NCBI GenBank assembly: GCA_963693365.1 | Contig: CAVNZM010000004.1 | Location: 11,064,468-11,128,467, forward strand | DNA: 64,000 bases | Direction of reading: 5' to 3' | Source of the DNA: Amoebidium appalachense | Lineage: Eukaryota > Protista > Ichthyosporea | Shown here: positions 41,026 to 54,266 of the stretch, in pieces | Layout: every line of letters starts with the position of its first letter | Position numbering within the stretch: the stretch's first letter is position 1 | Position numbers and translations under genes: made by a program | The notes under the pieces: generated by a model | Told to the model about the DNA's origin: nothing | Seen by the model: only the letters and a program-made list of their open reading frames with translations | Database searches by the model: none

Positions 41026-41574
41026 ATCGTGTTATCCGTTTGTTCTTGTGTACTTCGCACTTTTTGACGCATTCAAACCCCCTCCCCCCTCCCCCCGGTA
41101 TCTCTTCTATCTTGCTGGCTCTATTCCTTTTTTTTTTTTGCTTATCTTTTTGAGTCTTTCTTCTCTCTTTTCTTTCCTTTTCTTCCTTCCTTCCTTTCTT
41201 TTTTTTTTTTGGGTGTGTGTGAAGGGGGGGGGGGGGGGGGGGGGGGGGGGGTAGAGGATGATTTGTGAACCGGGATGTGTACAAGTCACAGCGAAGGGCG
41301 CACATGCCTAATTTTTTTGCATGACAGATAGTAAAACATAAACTCGTATGCCTGCTAGTGCATACACATGTACGTGCTTGCACACATGCAGGCACCGTTA
41401 TACGCACACATGTACATGCGCACACCACCCACCCACCACCTTAAACGCGCACACGTACGTGCATGCACGCGTGCACGCGTGCACGGTGGTGTGATTGATG
41501 GGGTACTCATGCAGGTCTCTGCCAGGGGTTGATTCGGACACGGCACACCAGGAGCTGGAGGCATCCCTCAACAA

Positions 41575-41656
<82 letters not shown>

Positions 41657-41737
41657 TCCCTGTGCATGTGGGTAGGTGGGTGGGTGTGTGTGTGTGTGGG
41701 GGGGGGGGGGGGGTGGGTGTGGGGGGTGGGTGGGTGG

Positions 41738-41778
<41 letters not shown>

Positions 41779-41920
41779 TTTGTTTTGTGGGGTGGTGGGG
41801 GGGTAGTATTATTGAGGGTTCCCGGACACCCAGCTATTCCCGTTTGGGTGCACATCTTCGTGTGTAAAGTGTGTGTGAGAGTGGGTTTATCTGTATGCGT
41901 GTGTGCAACTCGACAGATTC

Positions 41921-41955
<35 letters not shown>

Positions 41956-42810
41956 ATCGTGGGTCAAATCTCATATTTTCCCCTCTGATTACGAATTCTG
42001 CGGCCTTCGGGACTTAATTCTTTTCAGCTGGTGTAGTATGTTAGCCAGGGAAGTATCGACTTAGGTATCGACGGGGGAGCTTCCTAGAAGCCCCGTCTCC
42101 TGAGTTCCTATCTATATTTTTCTTGCTTCTGCTTACTGCTGCAACTTTAACCCCCGGCCTTTCCCACTGCCCTTGCCTGCATAAGCAACCCTGCTCGTCT
42201 CTGATCAAGACGGGTGACCTACTCATGTTCAAGTGAAACAGTATCTGAGTTGGGTTTCGTTAACGAGGGGAATAGGTCGAAACTCGGGTACTGTGGATGA
42301 CGTGGGCCCCCCCTGAGGATGGGCTCTGCTTATTATGCATACTCTTTATGTATGGCTTGCATTCTGCATCGTGTTATCCGAGTGTTCTTGTGTACTTCGT
42401 ACTTTTTAACGCATTCAAAACCCCCCCCCCCATCTCCCCCTCCACCCTTTCAGAGAGGGGGGGAAGGGGGGGCTCCCTTCCTGATGTCGTGCCAGCCTTG
42501 TTATCAACCATACAACTCCATCTATTTGCCCCCTCCTTCCTTCATGTCCTTTTCCTGGGTGCCACACCTCCCCCTCTCTTCGCAAACTCTCTAGCCTCGT
42601 AATGAAGAAAGGAATGTATGCCTATATGCTCGGAAATTCATTACTTCGGCAGCTCGCTCTGTAGCCTGTTGCCCCCCCCCCCCCCCCCCCCCCCCCCCCA
42701 GTCCTTTGCCCTTCTCCACACATCACACACACACACACACACACACACATGCACACACACATACAACACCACACCACTACCATCGCTGGGACACGGTCCC
42801 TCTCCTTCTA

Positions 42811-42865
<55 letters not shown>

Positions 42866-43038
42866 ACACACACATGTATGAATGCATCGACTAAGCACGC
42901 ACCTTTCCAACACACACACACACACACCGTTAAACACGCTTTCGTACCACGGTCGGCACTCAATCATGTACACTTTAGCACTAACCCCCAGTTTCACCCA
43001 CAGTGCCACCCATAGGCCGGACTGGAGGCATGCACTAA
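36780..43038 (+). CDS. CUE-domain ubiquitin-binding protein with MIU-like helix
   Basis: Exons 36780-36806, 37120-37252, 37633-37659, 38404-38414, 38921-38969, 39733-39834, 40809-40899, 41515-41576 and 43004-43038 splice in frame. CUE: AVAQLQSMFEGVERDIIESVLRANGNDVSAACDSLLEI; MIU-like: DEEMARRLQMEE. Confidence 0.8.
39255..39642 (+). mobile_element. Two head-to-tail truncated poly(C)-ended retroposon copies
   Basis: An older copy at 39255-39410 ends CATTCTAACAAACCCCC and is directly followed by a young copy at 39411-39622 (near-identical to 42208-42420) plus poly-C. Confidence 0.8.
41958..42431 (+). mobile_element. Poly(C)-flanked retroposon, long copy, subfamily A
   Basis: Near-identical reverse complement of 51398-51860; poly-C on both sides. 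Confidence 0.85.
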
Positions 43039-44432
43039 GCCAGCTGGCTCTACTGCCGTATCTCCTGCTGTTTTTTCCCCCTAATCACGCCTTTGCACAT
43101 ATATACATCATAGTACATGTACTAGCTTAGTGCCATACGCTCTCTTGTATACGTACTTTTAAAAAATGAACGATTACTGTGTTCTTACACACTTTCGCTT
43201 CATTTTCACTTTCGGTCCCTTTTGTGTGACTTTTACTTGTCTTTCGCCGTATATTCCCCTTTGATATATTTTGTCAGGATTGAATGCGTGTGTGTGTGCA
43301 CCACATGACATTGTTATATTGGTGATACAGTGAGCAAATATTCGTACTGACATTGCAATGCAGCTGTGCTGTGTTGCATGCGCGTGCATGTGCACGTGTG
43401 AATCAATGATCTGTTATTATTATACTATTCGTCGTTGTGAATGTCTTTCACGTTTTTCTGTGTATGGCCGTCACCATGCACACCTGTAAGGCGTACATAT
43501 ACATATGCATATGCGGTATAGTGAACTTAAAAAATCAGTGTGTGTATGGTGCGCCTGGATCACCTTGCAGTGTTGGCTGTAGCTGTTGAAGGGTAGCACG
43601 TGGTCGTTGCAGGTTCTTTTTGTTGCGCCTTTGTGCAATATATGAACGTGCATGGTTACCTCTCTCGTACGCATGGCTTACTCTCTCTGCTCACATCTCT
43701 TAGAGCTATCTCACTTTCTCTCTCTCAGATCCCCGGTCAATCTCTCTTTCTCCCCCTCCCCTCCGATCGGATCCTCCCCCCCTCTCCCCTTCTCGCTCTC
43801 TCACAGTTTAGCTTTCTGCAGCTCCTCCCCCAACCTTTCTCCGGCCGTGTCCCCCCCCCGCCGCTCCCTCCCCCCTCCTCTTTATATTTTGCCTTCCCCA
43901 AGCTCTTTCCCCCTCGGCTACCGCTTGAAGTTTGCTCTCCTAATCAGTAATTTGCCTCTAAATGGGATCCACCTCGAGCTCTGCCTAGCTGTGATCATCT
44001 GAAGTCCCCAAATTCGATACTGTTTCCGTTCATTATCATTCCGGGAGCTCAAGAATGCGACCGACCTCCACAGTTTAAAGAACGTTTTACTCTCCTCCAT
44101 TAATGTTTTCCTATACGCCGCTTGCAGCCAATCATATTAAGCATTAAGACAATATTCCTGCAGCCGATAAAGCAAATAAAATTGCGCAATCGATTCTCAT
44201 TAATCAGATGAACGAACCAATCAAAACCACAAAACTCCGAACCCTTTACTTACATTAAAATGACTTACGTTTTAATTTGCAACTGCATGCAGCACTTTAA
44301 TGTTTAAAGCGGGCCAGTGCTGGTCCGGATACCAGAAGACCAATGCACCCCTATCCGTGCAGGTCTATCCGTTCTCCTGCAGCCAATCAGAATGCCGTAC
44401 TAGGAAACCCAATACTACAATTTAAGACCATA

Positions 44433-44527
44433 CAATTTCACCCAAAACGACTTTGTTCCTCCGTTGGCAGGACTAGAATCAACAATTTCACCCAAAACGA
44501 CTTTGTTCCTCCGTTGGCAGGACTAGT
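44433..44527. repeat. Perfect ~45-bp direct duplication
   Basis: ACAATTTCACCCAAAACGACTTTGTTCCTCCGTTGGCAGGACTAG occurs twice. Confidence 0.9.
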
Positions 44528-45559
44528 AAAAAAGAAAGCACGAAGAACAGGGAATGTTTTGCCGATGCCTATCACATTTCCAGGTGCATCATTCTGGTCA
44601 CCTCAGTGATCGATGGAAAGCCCCGATGGCCCACAGTAACTAAGCCTAAGTAAAAGAAGGTGCAAACCATGCATGGTGGTGAAGGAGGTGCAGCAAAGAA
44701 TGATGTTTGGTCCCTGCCTTCTTTGTTGCCAACACTTTGCAACAACGAGTCTTTCATAGTGAACTTTAGCTTTTGCTTCGGATATTTTTTTTGCCCCCCT
44801 CCCCCCCCACCCACCCCCGGCGGATCTCAACCAAGGCATGGACCATGATCATGATTTCGGCATCCGATCGACGTACATTTAAGTTGGCCAGTTGTCAAGG
44901 CCTTACACTTGAATTTCCCTCTCGCGTGCCCATGAGGAAGCGGGGCCCACGGGGCCCCGCGTTGCCTTGCCCCCCTCCCCCCCCCCTCCCCCCCCTCCCC
45001 TCCCCCCCCCCCCTCCCCCCCCCCCCCGGGTCCCCCCCCCCCCCCCCCCCCCCCCGGCCCCCCCCCCAGTAACGCAATTGCCCATGTGAGAGCGGGGCCC
45101 CCGGCGTCCCGCATTGCTTTACAAGATTCCCCCCTTCGATCCCCTCCCCCTCCCCAACCGGGCTCCCTCCCTCCCCTCCCCTCTCCCTCCCTCCCCCCCA
45201 CCGGGCCACCCCCACCCCTACCACCCACCCCCCTCCTTTTCCCCACTGCAGCTGCATTATCCTTTGCAAAGTCAAGCCTTCAAACATTTTATTGAGGGTG
45301 ACAACTCTTTATCATTTCCCCTCAAATGTGTCCAGGTGGAAGGGGGGCCCCCCCGGGGCCCCGCGTTGCCCTGCAAAATCTAGTAGTAATTATAATGCTT
45401 CTTGAATTGGTAGCCCGCATGGCCAACTGGCCACGATTCGGAAGCTGGCCTGTGTATGGCTACACGCATGCAGTCGATCGAAGAATTCGGTATCGATATC
45501 TACCACACCCGTGGTGTGTACGTTGGGGAAGAGGGGGAGGCCGGGGAGGAGGAGGAGAA

Positions 45560-45595
<36 letters not shown>

Positions 45596-45632
45596 TGAAT
45601 GCGGAACACGGTACAAAGTACGCATACACGAC

Positions 45633-45673
<41 letters not shown>

Positions 45674-46547
45674 ACTTACAGGGCTTACAGCCGATGTCGA
45701 CACACCACGTCGCCATTGGGTTTACCATTTAACGTCATACATATATACATATTTATTTGTGTACGCATGTTGTACTAAACGGGCACATCCCAGTCCTTCA
45801 TTCTGCTGTCAAAAAAAAAAAAAAAAAACTCTTATTTAGACCCCCCCCATTCCCCACCCCCCTCTCCCCGCCTGCCACCCCCAACACACACACACACACA
45901 CACTTCAGATAGCCAACCTATGACCACCATCACATCTCATCTCGCATCTGAAATAATAAAACTTAGCTACCACTCAAACACCACTTGAACGAGTATTTCA
46001 TAAAGACAGCACTTGCACACCCATTACCCAGTGTCGTTAAGACAGAACGTAAAAAACAGAATGTGCATGGTGAATCAAAAAAAATTGGTGGAAGTCTAAA
46101 AAAAATACGCAAATTTAGGTGATCCTGAAATCATCTGAAATACGAAAAGTGGATGCTGAAATCCGAGATTTTGCTACGATAAACGGCAAGGTACGATACA
46201 TTTGTGGATTTCAAAAACGTGCCTGCAATTGCTGCCGATAGCTTCAATGTATATGCAGGTTCATATGATGTCACATTATCATTTCTTGCTTTACTACCCC
46301 TCCCCCCCCCCCCCCCCTTTGCCCCCAACCAAACACGCATGCACGCACGCACACACGCACACACCACCACCCACCCGAGACAACACATGGCAAGACAATA
46401 GATTTGGACTAATTGACAACCATATTGTCGCCCTCCTTCATTCCACATTCATGGCTCCCGATTGGATAAAAATGCGCAACTTGATGATTTACAGGGCTTC
46501 CGTTTCGGGCCAAATACCCGATTCGTCTCGTTTGTTCGGGTCGAAGG

Positions 46548-47176
46548 CTATTGTGTCGCACAACCATTTGGTGGCGTCACACTGCCTCCTGGATGGAGGT
46601 GATTGCCGTTGCGTGACTGTGGCCTGTGTGTGTGTGTGTGTGTGTATATGTGTTGTGTGTGTGTGTGTGTGCGTGCGTGCGCACGCGCGTGTGAGCGAGC
46701 ACGTGTGAATGTGTGTTGATGAGTGCATGGGTGTTTTAGGGGGGGGGGGGGGGGGGGGATAAGTCACTCAATCCCAGCCACTAGATTCTGGTAAAGGCTG
46801 TATTCCTATGGAGTTTCCAGTCACCATCCCTATAGCCGTTTGGTGGGCCACTACGACGACTCACACCTGCCCTTTCCAAAACACACGACTCCATCCATCC
46901 GTCATGAGCTGTTTGCCACTTCTTACCACCGACTCCGGCAAGTAGACATGTCCTTTATGCACACAAAGATAAACCCTCGCACATGTGCTTTGTGTCTCCC
47001 CCCCCCTCCCCCCCCCCCCCCCCCCCCCCCCTCTTCCTCCTCCCCCCCCCTTTCTATTGTGGGAAAAAAGGGTGGGACTGCCCGTGTTTTTGATCGGGTT
47101 GATAATTAGGCATGTCGTTTTAAAAAAAAATGGAACGTGTGCTGTCTGAGTGAGTGTGTGTGTGTGTGTGAGTGTG

Positions 47177-47209
<33 letters not shown>

Positions 47210-47255
47210 TTGTGTGCGTGTGTGTGTTTGTGTGTGCGTGTGTGTGTGTATGTGT

Positions 47256-47286
<31 letters not shown>

Positions 47287-47478
47287 CATGCGCGTGCGCA
47301 CGCTTAGTGGTGGTGGTGGTGGTGGTGGGGGGGGGGGGGGGGGGGGGTTTGAATGCGTCAAAAAGTACGAAGTACACAAGAACAAACGGATAACACGATG
47401 CAGAATGCAAGCCATACATAAAGAGTATGCATAATAAGCAGAGCCCATCCTCAGGGGGGCCCACGTCATCCACAGCAG

Positions 47479-47510
<32 letters not shown>

Positions 47511-47621
47511 CTTTGTGTGGGAATGGGCCCAACACACTGCAGTATCACAGGCTCACAGGCATCGGCAATGGGTGGGAGAGGCCGGGGGGGTGGCAGCAGT
47601 TGCGCCAGCATAGCCTGATGT

Positions 47622-47659
<38 letters not shown>

Positions 47660-50209
47660 CATGCGTGCGCGCGTGCGTCCGTGCGTGTGTGTTTGTACCA
47701 ATAAAGGGGAAGGGCGGAGGGGCGGGAGAAGTGGGGGAGGTGAGAATGTGTTAAAGAGTACGATGTAGACAGCCATAACGGACAACACAATGCAGAGCTC
47801 AAAGGGGAGAGGGGGGGGGGGAATGAAACAACTTGTGATGGCGGAAGGTGGAGGGAGGAGGAGGGGCGGGGGGGGGGGGGGAGGGGGGGGAGGGGGGAGA
47901 GACAGGAAAGGGAGTGTTTGGCGGGGGGGGGGGGGGGGGGGGGAGGGGGGGGGATGAGTCGAATAAGATGGAGGGATGCATGAGAAAAGGTGGGTTGCTG
48001 CAGTTGCAGACATTCAAAAGGGCCGGGAAGACGGGAGCGTGTGACTAAGGGGTGAGGGGGCGGTGACTAGCACCCCCTCCCAAAACTCTTTGGGGGGGGG
48101 GGGGGGGGGGGGGGGGAAGAATGGGGAGGGGGGGGGAGGGGGGGGAGGGGGGGGGGGGGAGGGGGGGGGGGGGGGGGGGAACCAACCAATTTTTCGGGGG
48201 AGGTGAAACCATCGACAGGCATGTTGACTCTGAAGGTGACCAGCAGCCGGCCATATGTGCCACTGCAACCAAGCACGGGCATGCCCTGGCCCTCGGCACA
48301 CCACACGTAGCCTGGGTGGCCAAGTGAGTGAGAAAGAGGCTTATCGGACTGATATCTTCATGCTCAAACCCACACTAATGCACCTCACTCGAAACGGCAC
48401 GAAACAGACCAACGCTCCTCCGTCAATACTTTTCAGCAACCACCCCCCCCCCCCCCCACCCCCCCCCTCCCCTCCCCTCCCCCCCCAGGCACCAATCACA
48501 CCTTCGCGCATGACCTCCCCCGGATGGCCCACCACCAGCAAAGGTCTCCCGTCCAAATGCTGTAGCACTTGCCGGAACCCACACAGCGCCTCTGTGGAAT
48601 TTCAACCGAGATATAAATTAGATATAGCCAAATTTCATGGTGCCTGAAACGTTTGGCTGGTGTTTCAAGTGAATAACCGTAGTCAGAGTCCAATTTTTAA
48701 ACCATTTAGTGGAGTTTATGGTATATCTCCTGATGGAAACACATCCAACATCATATCGGTCCTCCCTCATCGCCATCCCCCCCCCCCCCCCCCCCCGGTT
48801 TCCCGCCTCTCTCCTCATCAGCGCCCCCCCCCCCCCCCCCCCCCCCCCCCACCTCGTCTCATATCGCTGGCAATTTGGCATCGGATCACGTGCTCCCGTT
48901 ATTATAAGGGGGTGTATATACAATGGCTTTCTGGAATATTATGCTACAAAAACACTATATACAAGATTAAAAACACTATTATATATATGTTTTTAGTATT
49001 TTCATTTAGCTACACTTTTATTTTTCAACCAGAAACATAGTTTTTTTTCACTTTGAAAAACACAGATAAGGATGATTTATACATATAAGAGAAAAAAAAA
49101 TTGCCTCATTATTGCGAAATCAACAAATGTGGTTAAATGGGATGACTTGGTTCTAGTTCAAACGTCTTATATTTTTTACGGGACGTTCCCATTGGCTCTA
49201 GAAGTGACAAAAACCCATTAAACGTAGAGCTACCTTTCTTTTCACCTTTCAAAAAGATTGAAGAAATAGTTCTTTTGCCGTTAGAGAACGATTGGTCAGG
49301 TCCGATAATTATGAGTGCGCGGCCAATCAACAGCTCTTGCTGGTTCGTGATCGCATCATCGCAAAGTGCACATTTGTTCTCTGATTGGCTACAGGTATTT
49401 AGTATAGCCACATGTATAAACTTTCACGTAAGTTTTTAAAATAGTTCAGACTGCTTGCAACATAATATAAGAAAATATATATTATTTTTTTTTATGTCGT
49501 AATTTCTCTGCTTATGTACACAGTTGATAGGTTTTAAACTGCCTGGTTTTTGACTTCTAGTAAAACATAGGAATTCATTACCCACTTTATGACCCATCCT
49601 TACTGATCCAAAAAGACCGATTGGTTGGCTCATGATCAGGAAGCTTTATGTCTCAATATCTATGAAATACAGTCTTCGACCGATGCATCGGGGGCCACGC
49701 ACCCAATGCCAAAGTGGCCTGGTTTTGAGTTGGGGTGCCCAACCACCACCACCAAACGCACACACACATACCGTACTTAATATTGCATCAAAACCCACGC
49801 TGAACTCGGCCAAATAAAGTGTGAGGGTATCCAGTCAAAGCACCAAAGGACACACGTCCCTTCCCTCTTGCTTCCTGCCAGAACATTGTGCAGCTAGTGG
49901 TATGCGCCAATCACAAAACACAGCAGACCCCTGCAATCACCAATCACCTGTGAAATTGCTTGTATGTGCTATTCTTGATGAAAGAACGTAGTGTGTTGTT
50001 ACCTGAGAGTTCTATTGTGATGGTGGCCAGTAGGTCATTGCCGTTTCTTACAAACCGGCTGTGTGGTTTCTGCTCAAGCACAATGACGATGTCTCCCGGT
50101 ATGATCCCGGGCTGCACAAAAAGACACAGTCAGAAGAAGCAATCTTGGGTTGTCTTTATAAACCAGGCTACTTTTTTTTTTTTACACCAATCCCCTTTTA
50201 CCTACTCCT

Positions 50210-50242
<33 letters not shown>

Positions 50243-51902
50243 TACCTACCAAAAAAAAAAAAAAAAAAAAAAAAAAAGGCCTCAAAAACACTCACAGAAC
50301 CCATTAAGATCTCCAACATGTACCCACCAGCATTTCATACCGCCTTCTAGTGGTTTCCAAAGCTTCCACAGTACCTCCTCCCCTTCCCCCTCCCCCCCCC
50401 CCCCCCCCCCCTCCCCCGGCCACCCCCACATAAAATCATAAATATTTAAAGATTATAAGCAAATAAATAAATAAATGAATGAATAATCCCCCTGCACGTG
50501 CACGTGTGTTTCCAAGGCTCAGTTCTTAAAAAGGGGTTTCTTTTAGCTTTTCGGGCCGGGTCGGGTCAGAGGGGATTCTAGCTATATGATTGGCGTACTG
50601 CGCATCAGCTGCGCACCATCTTTTGCCGGCAGCAAGGTACAGATGCGCCATAATACGACAATGAAGAGAAAGAAAAGAGAAAAAAAAGAAATAAAGAATG
50701 AATAATATTAATGAAGCTTTAGGAAGAAGATTGCAGTTCATATCATGATTTATTTGCTGAGTAAATGGTTTGACCCGGATGTGCTGGAATGGGGACAATT
50801 AATCGGCCTAAAAGAAACCCCCTTTAATTGTCCACGCGCTCACAGCCACACACGTACGTGTCTGCCCCCACCTGCTGGTCTGCCTCTCTTGGCAGCACGA
50901 CCCTGTGGCCTGGGTGCATGCCTGGCTCGATCCGTACGTCCAGCACTTTCTTTTCTGCATCGCATGTCCCCCGTCAGAATCTGCTCATATCCCTGACAGC
51001 GCGCCCCCCTCCCCCCCCCCCCCCCTCCCCCCTCCCCCCCCTTACCCTCTAACCCCATCACCGACCCACTCACCCACTCACCAAAACCACCCACCCAAAT
51101 ACCACCACCACCACAGACAACCCTCCCCCCCCCACACACACACCAGCACCGCCATATACACCCTCTCTCTCCCCCTTCCCCCACCACCACCACCACCACC
51201 ACCACTTACCCCCTCCCCTCCCCCTCCCCCCCCCTCTCCCCCCCCCCCCCCCCCCCCCCCCCCAAATCCCTACCTTCACCACTACCACCAACAAGTGGGT
51301 GACTGCCAACTCTGATAAGTCGAGCCATTTCGTTTACCGTTTACAATTAGTGCTTCCCTTGAACCTTGGGCGGACACACGGGGGGGGGGGGGGGGGGTTT
51401 TGAATGCGTCAAAAAGTACGAAGTACACAAGAACAAACGGATAACACGATGCAGAATGCAAGCCATACATAAAGAGTATGCATAATAAGCAGAGCCCATC
51501 CTCAGGGGGGGCCCACGTCATCCACAGTACCCGAGTTTCGACCTATTCCCCTCGTTAACGAAACCCAACTCAGATACTGTTTCACTTGAACATGAGTAGG
51601 TCACCCGTCTTGATCAGAGACGAGCAGGGTTGCTTATGCAGGCAAGGGCAGTGGGAAAGGCCGGGGGTTAAAGTTGCAGCAGTAAGCAGAAGCAAGAAAA
51701 ATATAGATAGGAACTCAGGAGACGGGGCTTCTAGGAAGCTCCCCCGTCGATACCTAAGTCGATACTTCCCTGGCTAACATACTACACCAGCTGAAAAGAA
51801 TTAAGTCCCGAAGGCCACAGAATTCGTAATCAGAGGGGAAAATATGAGATTTGACCCACGCCGCAGGGTAGTAACACGCTTACTAGGGCGGAACTTTATC
51901 GT

Positions 51903-51937
<35 letters not shown>

Positions 51938-52557
51938 GGATGGAGGGGCGGGGGAAGGGGGGGGGGGGGGGGAGGACGGAGGGGCGGGGGAAGGGGGGGG
52001 GGGGGGGGATACAATAAGCGCGTACCTGTGATGACCTTTTCAGCGTTGCAGACCTTGCACCTGTCTGCTTCGTCCACCACAAAGCCCTCCCCCACGCACG
52101 TGTCACAGCGCAGTGACATCATCTGCTTGATCCCTGGCCGTATCTGTTGCCCCCTCTCCACCACACCCCTCCCCCTGCACTGGTGGCACACAAACACGCG
52201 CCCTTCCTTTCCCCCCACCCCCCTACACTCTCTGCATATGACCTTCTTAGAAACCATAAGGCGCGACGTTTTCCCCGTGTAAAGATCCTCTAAAGAAACA
52301 AACACTTTGTGCGTCACGTCTCGACCCTTTGGAAGCGGTATTTCAGTGGGGATTTCAGGGGGCGGGTCTGAGAATAAATCGTTATTTCCGAAGAATTTTT
52401 CAAACATTTTCGACGCGTAAACTTCAGAGGGCCCATTGTCCGGGGAATCATGGCGCATGGACCCATCTTTCACCGCCTCCTCCCCATATCGGTCATAGAC
52501 GGATCGCTTGTTTGGGTCTTCAAGCACGCTGAAGATGTAGGCAAGCTCCTTGAACTA

Positions 52558-52599
<42 letters not shown>

Positions 52600-52988
52600 G
52601 AGGGGCGACGTAGAAAGCAGGCGGCTGGATGAGGGGGGGGGGGGGGGGGGGGGGGCTGGAACTGAATAGTCACCGGGAAGCTTGAGGGAATTGGGAGAAC
52701 GACAGGCGGATTTGGGAGGGGGGATGGCCCGGGGATGGGGGGGGAAGGGGAAAAGGGGGGAGTTAGGAGGGTTAGATTGTGTTACAGAGTACGACGTGCA
52801 CACACAACGGACAATAGAATGCAGATATTGAAAGGAGAACAAAGAGTATGCATCATAAGTAAAGCCCATCTTTAGGAGGTCCAAAGTAAGGGGGCCAGAC
52901 GGGGGACCAGAAAGGGGGCCAGAGAGGCCTCAGGGGGAAGAGAGGGGGAGGGGGGGGGAAGAGGTGTTCCAAGGGGTAGGGGGTTGGT

Positions 52989-53080
<92 letters not shown>

Positions 53081-53732
53081 GAGGGGGGTTGGGGGGGGAT
53101 GCATTCGAGTTTGACAATCATGAAGGCAAAGAGACTAAGAAACCACAAAAAAAATAGCAAAATGCGGAATCAAAACAATGTGCAGGAAGGGGAAGGGAGA
53201 GGGTTTGAAATGTGTCACAGAGTTGGGGGGGGGGGGGGGGGGGAGGGGGGAGAACACAGGAGATCTCAACTGTCTTTACCAAAATCCGGTGCCTTGATCC
53301 AGGCAAAACCACTCCTGTGACATTGTATATGTTTCCAAAATGACTGCTAAAACACCAAAGATCATCAACTATCAAAGAAAAACATGAGCCACAGAACTCG
53401 TAGGGAGAGGTGATCCAAAAGCCCACATAATGCTTCGTATAAAGAAAGTCGAAAGTGAAAGTTTACGCTACGGATAAAAGGATTGTCAATATATTTCCAT
53501 AAAACAATGTTTAAAATATTTGTCATGCCGCACCAAGACAAGCATTTTTTTTTTAACGAGTTGCTGGCTCACGCACTTCCTGCACTCTCTCCCATGAATT
53601 CTTTTACTTCACAGCAACCACCGGAGTTTAAAAAAAAGAAAAAGAAAAAAGAAACGATATGATTGGTGGTCGCAAGGGAAACGAGTAAGTCTTTAAGGAG
53701 CGGGTGCACCCGTCGCATTCAGAAAGGAGAGA

Positions 53733-53764
<32 letters not shown>

Positions 53765-54016
53765 AAAAAAAAAAAAAGGAAAAGAAAAGAAAAGAAAAGA
53801 ATAAGAAAAAGGAAAAAAAAAAAGGAAACAAGGAAGCCTTGGAAGAAGAAGGAAACTATAAAGCAATAATAATTAGATCGGAAGAAAGGACGAAAAGTGA
53901 GAGAAGGGGATTTTTGGTTTGGCGAAGCACCCACATTTCTTGTAGCCCACCTTCCTTTACGCCATGTACGACAAAATCACCGACATACTGGTGTACCATT
54001 CACGTTCTCCCGAGAT

Positions 54017-54054
<38 letters not shown>

Positions 54055-54266
54055 TTTCCCCCTCAGTCGCTTTCCCTACTTATCCGCAAACCCACCTTCT
54101 CAGAGACTGCCTCATGGTCGTTTGGATTCTTATCCGGATGATACTTTCTCGCCAGCGACCGAAAGGCCTTTCTGATGTCGCCGACTTCGGCATTTGGCGG
54201 CACACCGAGAATGTCATAGTACTTAGTGTCCTTGACCCCCAAGCCGGGGGGTAGGGTCACATTCAT
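46548..54266 (-). CDS. DNAJA: Type I Hsp40 (DnaJA/Ydj1-like) co-chaperone with C-terminal CaaX
   Basis: Exons 54266-54096, 52554-52026, 50954-50872, 50111-50003, 48591-48502, 48311-48187, 47614-47511 and 46623-46548. J domain with HPD; four CxxCxGxG-type repeats; PGDIVIVL and EALCGF motifs; ends GCATQ*. Confidence 0.93.
47348..47477 (-). mobile_element. Short 5'-truncated poly(C)-flanked retroposon copy
   Basis: Matches the last ~130 nt of the long copies; poly-G on both sides on the + strand. Confidence 0.85.
51398..51903 (-). mobile_element. Poly(C)-flanked retroposon, longest copy (~505 bp), in DnaJ intron 2
   Basis: Bounded by poly-G at 51380-51397 and from 51904; near-identical to 41958-42420. 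Confidence 0.85.

Noticed and set aside
42041-42232. Identical 63-aa ORF here and at 51586-51777 as a duplicated gene
   Set aside because: It is an antisense reading of the poly(C) retroposon copies.
42195-42330. Canonical hammerhead ribozyme
   Set aside because: GAAA and NUH-like parts are present, but the CTGATCA and CTGAGGA motifs sit in hairpins and are not adjacent to stem II.
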